DNA of 64,000 nt from Balanoglossus misakiensis (taxonomy: Eukaryota > Animalia > Hemichordata), in assembly GCA_040954595.2 (NCBI GenBank), contig CM082576.2, positions 7,815,129 through 7,879,128 of the forward strand. Reading direction: 5' to 3'. The stretch's first letter is position 1. Every line of letters starts with the position of its first letter. Below, piece by piece: positions 1 to 14,659 of the stretch. Under the pieces are notes generated by a model that ran no database searches, was not told the origin of the DNA, and saw only the letters and a program-made list of their open reading frames with translations. The translations under genes and the position numbers were made by a program.

Positions 1-2303
1 CGACATCTTAACTGTTTTGGTTATGAAGGTCAAGCTTAAGAGATAAAATAACTATAATATACTCATCGCCAAATGCCTACCGTCAAAGCCTTACCTGTAC
101 CTTCAAAAGTTTGTCTTCTTGACCGTCACTACTTGTAGACAATGCCAGTTATGGATAAGTTGACCCCATGTGTTCGAAGTCATTTTCAGTCAACCCCCTC
201 CCCCAAACAAAGCGGGAAAACCCGACAGGTCAGGTTCGACTTACCCAATACACAAGGTTTGTCCAATACAGGATAACAAAGAAACCCCGGGGCTCTCTTA
301 TAATAAATAGCACTGTGTCAAAATTTGCGAAAAGACTCGAGCCTATATAGAACAGGAAGAAATTAAACTGTCCAAAAGCTCCCCCTGGCCTCGAAAACAC
401 CCGGATGAACACGTGACATTGACAGCCTGACGGTTGAAACTCATGATGCAGAAGCCTGACCATGGCCTCACAGTCACCTCACGGGGGAAATATTACTTCA
501 ACAGGAAAGTCCGCGGACATAGTCCGAAAGAATGAAAACAATTACCTCCAAAATTTGCGACATTCTTCGTCCAGACATTTTTTGACCACAAAGGCACAGC
601 GAAATGGTTAACTCTTCCCTACTACCACACCTAGAGATATAAATTGTGCATCGTAAGTTATAGGAACGGCTCCGAACCACGTTTTTCTTTCAGGTCACAT
701 GCAACGACCTCCTCAAGGTAACTAATGCATGTATGTACACCAGTTATATTTTCAAATTGTGCCAGTCGAAAAACTAGTTATGTCCAGCTTCAATGTATTA
801 GCCGCTTTTTATTAATAACAACTTCCGATATACTTCCTCGGAGAGAGTCTGGCCTTCCACAGGTGTTACTGTCGAATCGCCTGGTTGGGAGTTATAGATC
901 AGAACGATAGAAACAATGTGGTAAGTGCAGCGTACTTCAAATGCGCATGTCAGACGTCAAATTCGAGCGACGAGTCTTTGACTGAAATCTGGTCGTGAAA
1001 AGCGATTTCATCACCATTTTTGTCGATTACTGGGGCGGTATGAAGAGTTGTGACAAAATAGGTTTTGCACTAAAAAGAAAATTGGCATCGCCGCGACAAA
1101 ATCATATCAGTGTTGGACTTGTTTTAACAGCACATGACTCATGCTGGACACGTAGAATCAGGGGCACGTGTCATTTATTTTTAAAAGGTCGGAGGGTCAC
1201 GGTCGCTGTTCGTTACCGTAAATTCAATAAATTTTTAATATGCTAGGTATGGCATTATGTAGATGATAAGGGTCCCATACGACGGCTGAGTCATATCTCT
1301 CCGAATTTCTGTATTTCTCTGGCGGAGTCTTGCCTGTGTGGGGTCAATTTGTGCAGTACGTGCCATAAGATTGGTATTCGAGCGAAAGGTCGAAGGACGG
1401 TTTAGCTTGTCCGACCTTGTCCCCCGAGCACGAAAGGCACGTGTCCATTGCTGGTGACACAGGCTTGTAATTTCCCCCTGAAAAACCGAGACAAATCAGT
1501 CTACAAACCGACATACAGACAATATAACATGAAAGGGGAGGGAGTGAACACCGATAAAAATGGAGGTCTTACAAAATACAATGGGAACTTTTAAAAAAGG
1601 TCACAAATAGAGTGACGTAGTGGGCGTGCTCACTATCAGCTGTTTCCACGTAACCCATTAGATTAGCCGTTCGTTGATTCTTTCTTTTAGCAGAAAGACA
1701 ATCGAAAATAACAACTGTAAAACGAGGTACGGCCTACAACAGATCAGCTATGTCACAGCATTGTTCGGTCGTTCGTTAATTGTTACTTTGATGTAATGAT
1801 ATAACGTCACATTGTGTTGTGAAGAGCTCACATTATTTTCTATGAATACGCCTGCGTAACATTGACTGGAAATGTAGAAACTTCAATTAACAGTCTCAGG
1901 GGTAAAAACTTGGATTTCGTTCTGTGCTGGGACTGAAATTATTTGAAGCAAGTCTGTCATCTGCCTCATTAGTTTAAAGGGGCAAGCACGGTGCTCAAGA
2001 GTGTCTAAGTGTTTATTATAAACAAAAGATCAGATACACTGAGCACACATCCCCTTTATAGTGAAAATTGTGTTTGTCTGTGTTATGCGAGTAATATTAG
2101 ACACAGGCTGCCCGACTCGTCGTGAAATGGATTGTAAATGGTTTCTCTACGGTAAATTCGATTCTCCGTTGCTGGGACGAAGTCTTGCACGCAATAGAGT
2201 AACGTTTGATTCATTGGCATCTATTGGTAGGCTCATGTATAGATGAGCACATCAGCTTTGGCACTCAATAGAACCAAAACCGAAACCCTTTTACACACAG
2301 CGG

Positions 2304-3009
2304 GGATTATAGCTCATACACGCTCAAAAAATGACAAATTCTTGACTTTGTAAATTTTGATGATTTTGGCATTCTCATGTCATATGCATGGATTATAGCT
2401 CATACACGTTCAAAAAATGACAAATTCTTGACTTTGTAAATTTTGATGATTTTGGCATTCTCACGTCATATGCATGGATTATAGCTCATACACGCTCAAA
2501 AAATGACAAATTCTTGACTTTGTAAATTTTGATGATTTTGGCTTTCTCACGTCATATGCATGGATTATAGCTCATACACGCTCAAAAAATGACAAATTCT
2601 TGACTTTGTAAATTTTGATGATTTTGGCTTTCTCACGTCATATGCATGGATTATAGCTCATACACGCTCAAAAAATGACAAATTCTTGACTTTGTAAATT
2701 TTGATGATTTTGGCATTCTCACGTCATATGCATGGATTATAGCTCATACACGCTCAAAAAATGACAAATTCTTGACTTTGTAAATTTTGATGATTTTGGC
2801 TTTCTCACGTCATATGCATGGATTATAGCTCATACACGCTCAAAAAATGACAAATTCTTGACTTTGTAAATTTTGATGATTTTGGCTTTCTCACGTCATA
2901 TGCATGGATTATAGCTCATACACGCTCAAAAAATGACAAATTCTTGACTTTGTAAATTTTGATGATTTTAGCATTTTAATGTCATATGCATGGATTATAG
3001 CTCATACAC
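2304..3009. repeat. Satellite A, left block: 86-bp tandem repeat, about 8 units
   Basis: The unit GGATTATAGCTCATACACGCTCAAAAAATGACAAATTCTTGACTTTGTAAATTTTGATGATTTTGGCATTCTCA(T/C)GTCATATGCAT starts at 2304, 2390, 2476 ... 2992. Confidence 0.97.
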
Positions 3010-6000
3010 ATGGGTTATAGCTCATGACAATCATCTAAAAATGACAATTTTTCGACTTTCCGAAACATCAAAATTTCTTCATTTTTTCACAAAAATCATG
3101 GGTTATAGCTCATGAAAATCATCCAAAAATGACAATTTTTCGACTTTCCGAAACATCAAAATTTCTTCATTTTTTCACAAAACCATGGGTTATAGCTCAT
3201 GAAAATCATCCAAAAATGACAATTTTTCGACTTTCCGAAACATCAAAATTTCTTCATTTTTTCACAAAATTCATGGGTTATAGCTCATGAAAATCATCCA
3301 AAAATGACAATTTTTCGACTTTCCGAAACATCAAAATTTCTTCATTTTTTCACAAAACCATGGGTTATAGCTCATGAAAATCATCCCAAAATGACAATTT
3401 TTCTACTTTCCGAAACATCAAAATTTCTTCATTTTTTCACAAAACCATGGGTTATAGCTCATGAAAATCATCCAAAAATGACAATTTTTCGACTTTCCGA
3501 AACATCAAAATTTCTTCATTTTTTCACAAAATTCATTGGTTATAGCTCATGAAAATCATCCAAAAATGACAATTTTTCGACTTTCCGAAACATCAAAATT
3601 TCTTCATTTTTTCACAAAATTCATAGGTTATAGCTCATGAAAATCATCCAAAAAGACAAATTTTCGACTTTCCGAAACATCAAAATTTCTTCATTTTTTC
3701 ACAAAACCATGGGTTATAGCTCATGAAAATCATCCAAAAATGACAATTTTTCGACTTTCCGAAACATCAAAATTTCTTCATTTTTTCACAAAAATCATGG
3801 GTTATAGCTCATGAAAATCATCCAAAAATGACAATTTTTCGACTTTCCGAAACATCAAAATTTCTTCATTTTTTCACAAAAACCATGGGTTATAGCTCAT
3901 GAAAATCATCCAAAAATGACAATTTTTCGACTTTCCGAAACATCAAAATTTCTTCATTTTTTCACAAAACCATGGGTTATAGCTCATGAAAATCATCCAA
4001 AAATGACAATTTTTCAACTTTCCGAAACATCAAAATTTCTTCATTTTTTCACAAAAACCATGGGTTATAGCTCATGAAAATCATCCAAAAATGACAATTT
4101 TTCGACTTTCCGAAACATCAAAATTTCTTCATTTTTTCACAAAAATCATGGGTTATAGCTCATGAAATCCAAAAATGACAATTTTTCGACTTTCCGAAAC
4201 ATCAAAATTTCTTCATTTTTTCACAAAACCATGGGTTATAGCTCATGAAAATCATCCAAAAATGACAATTTTTCGACTTTCCGAAACATCAAAATTTCTT
4301 CATTTTTTCACAAAATTCATGGGTTATAGCTCATGAAAATCATCCAAAAATGACAATTTTTCGACTTTCCGAAACATCAAAATTTCTTCATTTTTTCACA
4401 AAATTCATGGGTTATAGCTCATGAAAATCATCCAAAAATGACAATTTTTCGACTTTCCGAAACATCAAAATTTCTTCATTTTTTCACAAAATTCATAGGT
4501 TATAGCTCATGAAAATCATCCAAAAATGACAATTTTTCGACTTTCCGAAACATCAAAATTTCTTCATTTTTTCACAAAACCATGGGTTATAGCTCATGAA
4601 AATCATCCAAAAATGACAATTTTTCGACTTTCCGAAACATCAAAATTTCTTCATTTTTTCACAAAAATCATGGGTTATAGCTCATGAAAATCATCCAAAA
4701 ATGACAATTTTTCGACTTTCCGAAACATCAACATTTCTTCATTTTTTCACAAAACCATGGGTTATAGCTCATGAAAATCATCCCAAAATGACAATTTTTC
4801 TACTTTCCGAAACATCAAAATTTCTTCATTTTTTCACAAAACCATGGGTTATAGCTCATGAAAATCATCCAAAAATGACAATTTTTCGACTTTCCGAAAC
4901 ATCAAAATTTCTTCATTTTTTCACAAAAATCATGGGTTATAGCTCATGAAAATCATCCAAAAATGACAATTTTTCGACTTTCCGAAACATCAAAATATCT
5001 TCATTTTTTCACAAAAATCATGGGTTATAGCTCATGAAAATCATCCAAAAATGACAATTTTTCGACTTTCCGAAACATCAAAATTTCTTCATTTTTTCAC
5101 AAAAACCATGGGTTATAGCTCATGAAAATCATCCAAAAATGACAATTTTTCGACTTTCCGAAACATCAAAATTTCTTCATTTTTTCACAAAAATCATGGG
5201 TTATAGCTCATGAAAATCATCCAAAAATGACAATTTTTCGACTTTCCGAAACATCAAAATTTCTTCATTTTTTCACAAAAACCATGGGTTATAGCTCATG
5301 AAAATCATCCAAAAATGACAATTTTTCGACTTTCCGAAAAATCAAAATTTCTTCATTTTTTCACAAAAATCATGGGTTATAGCTCATGAAAATCATCCAA
5401 AAATGACAATTTTTCGACTTTCCGAAACATCAAAATTTCTTCATTTTTTCACAAAAACCACGGGTTATAGCTCATGAAAATCATCCAAAAATGACAATTT
5501 TTCGACTTTCCGAAAATCAAAATTTCTTCAATTTTTCATAAAAACCATGGGTTATAGCTCATGAAATCATCCAAAAATGACAATTTTTCGACTTTCCGAA
5601 ACATCAAAATTTCTTCATTTTTTCACAAAACCATGGGTTATAGCTCATGAAAATCATCCAAAAATGACAATTTTTCGACTTTCCGAAACATCAAAATTTC
5701 TTCATTTTTTCACAAAAATCATGGGTTATAGCTCATGAAAATCATCCAAAAATGACAATTTTTCGACTTTCCGAAACATCAAAATTTCTTCATTTTTTCA
5801 CAAAACCATGGGTTATAGCTCATGAAAATCATCCAAAAATGACAATATTTCGACTTTCCGAAACATCAAAATTTCTTCATTTTTTCACAAAACCATGGGT
5901 TATAGCTCATGAAAATCATCCAAAAATGACAATTTTTCGACTTTCCGAAACATTAAAATTTCTTCATTTTTTCACAAAAATCATGGGTTATAGCTCATGA

Positions 6001-9000
6001 AAATCATCCAAAAATGACAATTTTTCGACTTTCCGAAACATCAAAATTTCTTCATTTTTTCACAAAACCATGGGTTATAGCTCATGAAAATCATCCAAAA
6101 ATGACAATTTTTCGACTTTCCGAAACATCAAAATTTCTTCATTTTTTCAAAAAACCATGGGTTATAGCTCATGAAAATCATCCAAAAATGACAATTTTTC
6201 GACTTTCCGAAACATCAAAATTTCTTCATTTTTTCACAAAACCATGGGTTATAGCTCATGAAAATCATCCAAAAATGACAATTTTTCGACTTTCCGAAAC
6301 ATCAAAATTTCTTCATTTTTTCACAAAAATCATGGGTTATAGCTCATGAAAATCATCCAAAAATGACAATTTTTCGACTTTCCGAAACATCAAAATTTCT
6401 TCATTTTTTCATAAAAACCATGGGTTATAGCTCATGAAAATCATCCAAAAATGACAATTTTTCGACTTTCCGAAACATCAAAATTTCTTCATTTTTTCAC
6501 AAAACCATGGGTTATAGCTCATGAAAATCATCCAAAAATGACAATTTTTCGACTTTCCGAAACATCAAAATTTCTTCATTTTTTCACAAAAATCATGGGT
6601 TATAGCTCATGAAAATCATCCAAAAATGACAATTTTTCGACTTTCCGAAACATCAAAATTTCTTCATTTTTTCACAAAAACCATGGGTTATAGCTCATGA
6701 AAATCATCCAAAAATGACAATTTTTCGACTTTCCGAAACATCAAAATTTCTTCATTTTTTCACAAAACCATGGGTTATAGCTCATGAAAATCATCCAAAA
6801 ATGACAATTTTTCGACTTTCCGAAACATCAAAATTTCTTCATTTTTTCACAAAAATCATGGGTTATAGCTCATGAAAATCATCCAAAAATGACAATTTTT
6901 CGACTTTCCGAAACATCAAAATTTCTTCATTTTTTCACAAAACCATGAGTTATAGCTCATGAAAATCATCCAAAAATGACAATATTTCGACTTTCCGAAA
7001 CATCAAAATTTCTTCATTTTTTCACAAAAATCATGGGTTATAGCTCATGAAAATCATCCAAAAATGACAATTTTTCGACTTTCCGAAACATCAAAATTTC
7101 TTCATTTTTTCACAAAACCATGGGTTATAGCTCATGAAAATCATCCAAAAATGACAATTTTTCGACTTTCCGAAACATCAAAATTTCTTCATTTTTTCAC
7201 AAAAATCATGGGTTATAGCTCATGAAAATCATCCAAAAATGACAATTTTTCGACTTTCCGAAACATCAAAATTTCTTCATTTTTTCACAAAACCATGGGT
7301 TATAGCTCATGAAAATCATCCAAAAATGACAATTTTTCGACTTTCCGAAACATCAAAATTTCTTCATTTTTTCACAAAAATCATGGGTTATAGCTCATGA
7401 AATCATCCAAAAATGACAATTTTTCGACTTTCCGAAACATCAAAATTTCTTCATTTTTTCACAAAATTCATGGGTTATAGCTCATAAAAATCATCCAAAA
7501 ATGACAATTTTTCGATTTTCCGAAACATCAAAATTTCTTCATTTTTTCACAAAATTCATGGGTTATAGCTCATGAAAATCATCCAAAAATGACAATTTTT
7601 CGACTTTCCGAAACATCAAAATTTCTTCATTTTTTCACAAAACCATGGGTTATAGCTCATGAAAATCATCCAAAAATGACAATTTTTCGACTTTCCGAAA
7701 CATCAAAATTTCTTCATTTTTTCACAAAATTCATGGGTTATAGCTCATGAAAATCATCCAAAAATGACAATTTTTCGACTTTCCGAAACATCAAAATTTC
7801 TTCATTTTTTCACAAAACCATGGGTTATAGCTCATGAAAATCATCCAAAAATGACAATTTTTCGACTTTCCGAAACATCAAAATTTCTTCATTTTTTCAC
7901 AAAAATCATGGGTTATAGCTCATGAAAATCATCCAAAAATGACAATTTTTCGACTTTCCGAAACATCAAAATTTCTTCATTTTTTCACAAAATCATGGGT
8001 TATAGCTCATGAAAATCATCCAAAAATGACAATTTTTCGACTTTCCGAAACATCAAAATTTCTTCATTTTTTCACAAAAATCATGGGTTATAGCTCATGA
8101 AAATCATCCAAAAATGACAATTTTTCGACTTTCCGAAACATCAAAATTTCTTCATTTTTTCACAAAACCATGGGTTATAGCTCATGAAAATCATCCAAAA
8201 ATGACAATTTTTCGACTTTCCGAAACATCAAAATTTCTTCATTTTTTCACAAAAATCATGGGTTATAGCTCATGAAAATCATCCAAAAATGACAATTTTT
8301 CGACTTTCCGAAACATCAAAATTTCTTCATTTTTTCACAAAACCATGGGTTATAGCTCATGAAAATCATCCAAAAATGACAATTTTTCGACTTTCCGAAA
8401 CATCAAAATTTCTTCATTTTTTCACAAAACCATGGGTTATAGCTCATGAAAATCATCCAAAAATGACAATATTTCGACTTTCCGAAACATCAAAATTTCT
8501 TCATTTTTTCACAAAACCATGGGTTATAGCTCATGAAAATCATCCAAAAATGACAATTTTTCGACTTTCCGAAACATCAAAATTTCTTCATTTTTTCACA
8601 AAAATCATGGGTTATAGCTCATGAAATCATCCAAAAATGACAATTTTTCGACTTTCCGAAACATCAAAATTTCTTCATTTTTTCACAAAATTCATGGGTT
8701 ATAGCTCATGAAAATCATCCAAAAATGACAATTTTTCGACTTTCCGAAACATCAAAATTTCTTCATTTTTTCACAAAACCATGGGTTATAGCTCATGAAA
8801 ATCATCCAAAAATGACAATTTTTCGACTTTCCGAAACATCAAAATTTCTTCATTTTTTCACAAAAATCATGGGTTATAGCTCATGAAAATCATCCAAAAA
8901 TGACAATTTTTCGACTTTCCGAAACATCAAAATTTCTTCATTTTTTCACAAAACCATGGGTTATAGCTCATGAAAATCATCCAAAAATGACAATATTTCG

Positions 9001-12000
9001 ACTTTTCGAAACATCAAAATTTCTTCATTTTTTCACAAAAATCATGGGTTATAGCTCATGAAAATCATCCAAAAATGACAATTTTTCGACTTTCCGAAAC
9101 ATCAAAATTTCTTCATTTTTTCACAAAACCATGGGTTATAGCTCATGAAAATCATCCAAAAATGACAATTTTTCGACTTTCCGAAACATCAAAATTTCTT
9201 CATTTTTTCACAAAAATCATGGGTTATAGCTCATGAAAATCATCCAAAAATGACAATTTTTCGACTTTCCGAAACATCAAAATTTCTTCATTTTTTCACA
9301 AAACCATGGGTTATAGCTCATGAAAATCATCCAAAAATGACAATTTTTCGACTTTCCGAAACATCAAAATTTCTTCATTTTTTCACAAAAATCATGGGTT
9401 ATAGCTCATGAAAATCATCCAAAAATGACAATTTTTCGACTTTCCGAAACATCAAAATTTCTTCATTTTTTCACAAAACCATGGGTTATAGCTCATGAAA
9501 ATCATCCAAAAATGACAATTTTTCGACTTTCCGAAACATCAAAATTTCTTCATTTTTTCACAAAAATCATGGGTTATAGCTCATGAAATCATCCAAAAAT
9601 GACAATTTTTCGACTTTCCGAAACATCAAAATTTCTTCATTTTTTCACAAAATTCATGGGTTATAGCTCATGAAAATCATCCAAAAATGACAATTTTTCG
9701 ACTTTCCGAAACATCAAAATTTCTTCATTTTTTCACAAAATTCATGGGTTATAGCTCATGAAAATCATCCAAAAATGACAATTTTTCGACTTTCCGAAAC
9801 ATCAACATTTCTTCATTTTTTCACAAAACCATGGGTTATAGCTCATGAAAATCATCCAAAAATGACAATTTTTCGACTTTCCGAAACATCAAAATTTCTT
9901 CATTTTTTCACAAAACCATGGGTTATAGCTCATGAAAATCATCCAAAAATGACAATTTTTCGACTTTCCGAAACATCAAAATTTCTTCATTTTTTCACAA
10001 AAATCATGGGTTATGGCTCATGAAAATCATCCAAAAATGACAATTTTTCGACTTTCCGAAACATCAAAATTTCTTCATTTTTTCACAAAACCATGGGTTA
10101 TAGCTCATGAAAATCATCCAAAAATGACAATATTTCGACTTTCCGAAACATCAAAATTTCTTCATTTTTTCACAAAAATCATGGGTTATAGCTCATGAAA
10201 ATCATCCAAAAATGACAATTTTTCGACTTTCCGAAACATCAAAATTTCTTCATTTTTTCACAAAACCAAGGGTTATAGCTCATGAAAATCATCCAAAAAT
10301 GACAATTTTTCGACTTTCCGAAACATCAAAATTTCTTCATTTTTTCACAAAACCATGGGTTATAGCTCATGAAAATCATCCAAAAATGACAATTTTTCGA
10401 CTTTCCGAAACATCAAAATTTCTTCATTTTTTCACAAAACCATGGGTTATAGCTCATGAAAATCCTCCAAAAATGACAATTTTTTCGACTTTCCGAAACA
10501 TCAAAATTTCTTCATTTTTTCACAAAACCATGGGTTATAGCTCATGAAAATCATCCAAAAATGACAATTTTTCGACTTTCCGAAACATCAAAATTTCTTC
10601 ATTTTTTCACAAAACCATGGGTTATAGCTCATGAAAATCATCCAAAAATGACAATTTTTCGACTTTCCGAAACATCAAAATTTCTTCATTTTTTCACAAA
10701 ACCATGGGTTATAGCTCATGAAAATCATCCAAAAATGACAATATTTCGACTTTCCGAAACATCAAAATTTCTTCATTTTTTCACAAAAATAATGGGTTAT
10801 AGCTCATGAAAATCATCCAAAAATGACAATTTTTCGAGTTTCCGAAACATCAAAATTTCTTCATTTTTTCACAAAAATCATGGGTTATAGCTCATGAAAA
10901 TCATCCAAAAAGGACAATTTTTCGACTTCCCGAAACATCAAAATTTCTTCATTTTTTCACAAAAATCATGGGTTATAGCTCATGAAAATCATCCAAAAAG
11001 GACAATTTTTCGACTTCCCGAAACATCAACATTTCTTCATTTTTTCACAAAAATCATGGGTTATAGCTCATGAAAATCATCCAAAAATGACAATTTTTCG
11101 ACTACCCGAAACATCAACATTTCTTCATTTTTTTACAAAAATCATGGGTTATAGCTCATGAAAATCATCCAAAAATGACAATTTTTCGACTTTCCGAAAC
11201 ATCAAAATTTCTTCATTTTTTCACAAAAATCATGGGTTATAGCTCATGAAAATCATCCAAAAATGACAATTTTTCGACTTTCCGAAACATCAAAATTTCT
11301 TCATTTTTTCACAAAAATCATGGGTTATAGCTCATGAAAATCATCCAAAAATGACAATTTTTCGACTTTCCGAAACATCAAAATTTCTTCATTTTTTCAT
11401 AAAAATCATGGGTTATAGCTCATGAAAATCATCCAAAAATGACAATTTTTCGACTTTCCGAAACATCAAAATTTCTTCATTTTTTCACAAAAATCATGGG
11501 TTATAGCTCATGAAAATCATCCAAAAATGACAATTTTTCGACTTTCCGAAACATCAAAATTTCTTCATTTTTTCACAAAAATCATGGGTTATAGCTCATG
11601 AAAATCATCCAAAAATGACAATTTTTCGACTTTCCGAAACATCAAAATTTCTTCATTTTTTCACAAAAATCATGGGTTATAGCTCATGAAAATCATCCAA
11701 AAATGACAATTTTTCGACTTCCCGAAACATCAAAATTTCTTCATTTTTTCACAAAAATCATGGGTTATAGCTCATGAAAATCATCCAAAAATGACAATTT
11801 TTCGACTTCCCGAACCATCAACATTTCTTCATTTTTTTACAAAAATCATGGGTTATAGCTCATGAAAATCATCCAAAAATGACAATTTTTCGACTTTCCG
11901 AAACATCAAAATTTCTTCATTTTTTCACAAAAATCATGGGTTATAGCTCATGAAAATCATCCAAAAATGACAATTTTTCGACTTTCCGAAACATCAAAAT

Positions 12001-12654
12001 TTCTTCATTTTTTCACAAAAATCATGGGTTATAGCTCATGAAAATCATCCAAAAATGACAATTTTTCGACTTCCCGAAACATCAAAATTTCTTCATTTTT
12101 TCATAAAAATCATGGGTTATAGCTCATGAAAATCATCCAAAAATGACAATTTTTCGACTTTCCGAAACATCAAAATTTCTTCATTTTTTCACAAAAATCA
12201 TGGGTTATAGCTCATGAAAATCATCCAAAAATGACAATTCTTCAACTTTCCGAAACATCAAAATTTCTTCATTTTTTCACAAAAATCATGGGTTATAGCT
12301 CATGAAAATCATCCAAAAATGACAATTTTTCGACTTCCCGAAACATCAAAATTTCTTCATTTTTTCACAAAATTCATGGGTTATAGCTCATGAAAATCAT
12401 CCAAAAATGACAATTTTTCTACTTTCCGAAACATCAAAATTTCTTCATTTTTTCACAAAACCATGGGTTATAGGTCATGAAAATCATCCAAAAATGACAA
12501 TTTTTCTACTTTCCGAAACATCAAAATTTCTTCATTTTTTCACAAAAATCATGGGTTATAGCTCATGAAAATCATCCAAAAATGACAATTTTTCGACTTT
12601 CCGAAACATCAAAATATCTTCATTTTTTCACAAAAATCATGGGTTATAGCTCAT
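3009..12654. repeat. Satellite B: 87/88-bp tandem array, about 110 units, about 9.6 kb
   Basis: The unit CATGGGTTATAGCTCATGAAAATCATCCAAAAATGACAATTTTTCGACTTTCCGAAACATCAAAATTTCTTCATTTTTTCACAAAA(C/AT/TT/AC) repeats with very few substitutions. The repeated MTIFRLSETSK ORFs are a by-product of the 87-bp units. Confidence 0.98.
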
Positions 12655-13363
12655 TTTAATGTCATATGCATGGATGATAGCTCATACACGCTCAAAAAAT
12701 GACAAATTCTTGACTTTGTAAATTTTGATGATTTTGGCATGCTCACGTCATATGCATGGATTATAGCTCATACTCGCTCAAAATATGACAAATTCTTGAC
12801 TTTGTAAATTTTGCTGATTTTGGAATTTTTATGTCATATGCATGGATTATAGCTCATACACGCTCAAAAAATGACAAATTCTTGACTTTGTAAATTTTGC
12901 TGATTTTGGCATTCTCATGTCATATGCATGGATTATAGCTCATACACGCTCAAAAAATGACAGATTCTTGACTTTGTAAATTTAGCTGATTTTGGCATTT
13001 TAATGTCATATGCATGGATTATAGCTCATTCACGCTTAAAAAATGACAAATTCTTGACTTTGTAAATTTTGATGATTTTGGCATTCTCATGTCATATGCA
13101 TGGATGATAGCTCATACACGCTCAAAAAATGACAAATTCTTGACTTTGTAAATTTTGATGATTTTGGCATTCTCACGTCATATGCATGGATTATAGCTCA
13201 TACACGCTCAAAAAATGACAAATTCGTGACTTTGTAAATTTTGATGATTTTGGCATTCTCACGTCATGTGCATGGATTATAGCTCATACACGCTCAAAAA
13301 ATAACAAATTCTTGATTTTGTAAATTTTGCTGATTTTGGAATTTTTATGTCATATGCATGGAT
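12652..13363. repeat. Satellite A, right block: 86-bp tandem repeat, about 8 units
   Basis: Same 86-bp unit and orientation as 2304-3009, somewhat more diverged. It resumes directly after satellite B. Confidence 0.96.
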
Positions 13364-14659
13364 GTCAAATTGAAAAAAGAACACGCTTAAGCAGTCTCCA
13401 TTTGGACCTCAAAAGTATTGCGCATGTGTACTTTAGCGTGACGTTTCAACCAGCACGTATTAGAAGCACGTGTAAACATGTTCACTGTTATATTGTGTGC
13501 AAGCCAATGAAAGACAACATAATTACACTGTTTGTAAACTATCATTTACGGCCTGAACGGGTATATGTCGACGTTTATCCTCAGCGAAACAGAAAGAGTA
13601 TAAATAACGATGGCTTAGTAATAATTTTCCATGACTCTTCAAGCTTAATTATCGTATACTTGTATAAAATAAGGTAGTTTGTTACCAGTAACATACTACA
13701 TGTCACCAGGCCAAGTAGGCAAGCAGAAGGCTCGAAGGTAGGAGTCCAATGATTAGGAGATTGTCGACAGGTAAGAGTTGTGGGCACATCAAAGGTCTGT
13801 AATATGCTAAATTATAGTTAGTATTTTTCCAAATTAAACTTATCTAAATACTGGGGTTTGACTCAGTGTCTGTTTTGTCGATAAATGATACATGCATATA
13901 TATATATATATTGTATTAATATGTCATGTATACGCATTAAAAAGAAAGTGAAACACGTGCATCGAACGTTAGCAGAAATATCGATGCCGTGTACGTACCA
14001 TCGTGTGCCAGTTGCTATCCTGTGATAAACGTCAACACGCATTCCTATTATTAGGTATATACGATTGTAATTTCGTCTGACCGCGCAATCAATACCCTAT
14101 AGCGCCCCTTTGTGATCAAAAGAAAACCAATCATGACTTGAGCAGCCAGTTATTTCGACATCGATGAGGTATACGACATTCATCGCAGAATTTGTCGGAA
14201 TGACGGACATTTTTTGACGTTTCATGAGATATGTTCAAACAGGCAAGATTTAAAGACCAAAATGATTGAATCATTTTCTGAAAAACTGTTCCCAAGGCGC
14301 GCACTACCGTAACGATTTTCTTGTCAGCTTACATCGTTCGACATTTTGAAAGCAGACTTTTAGTTTTCGAGGAAGAAACAGGCAAACGAACAAAAAAGTA
14401 AATGGCTAACAAAATTGTAACCTCCGGGACCTTTAGTACCATTACTCTTTTAAACGGTCGCAATTATTTGTCATTCATTTACGGCATGTCGTAAGCATCT
14501 TTCGACGAAATCCCTCTGCTTTCGTTTCGGATTTACTTCGTGGAATAAAAAAAATTGTCAGAGTACATTGATACATTTACTTCGTGTCACTGGGGTGTGA
14601 GCACCTTTTTAGTGTGAGCGACCTGGAGATATACTATAATTTGCCGGTCGTACTGATTG

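Noticed and set aside
3009-12654. CRISPR array or repeat-protein gene (MTIFRLSETSK ORFs)
   Set aside because: The units are head-to-tail with no unique spacers, 88-bp units break the frame repeatedly, and the context is eukaryotic.
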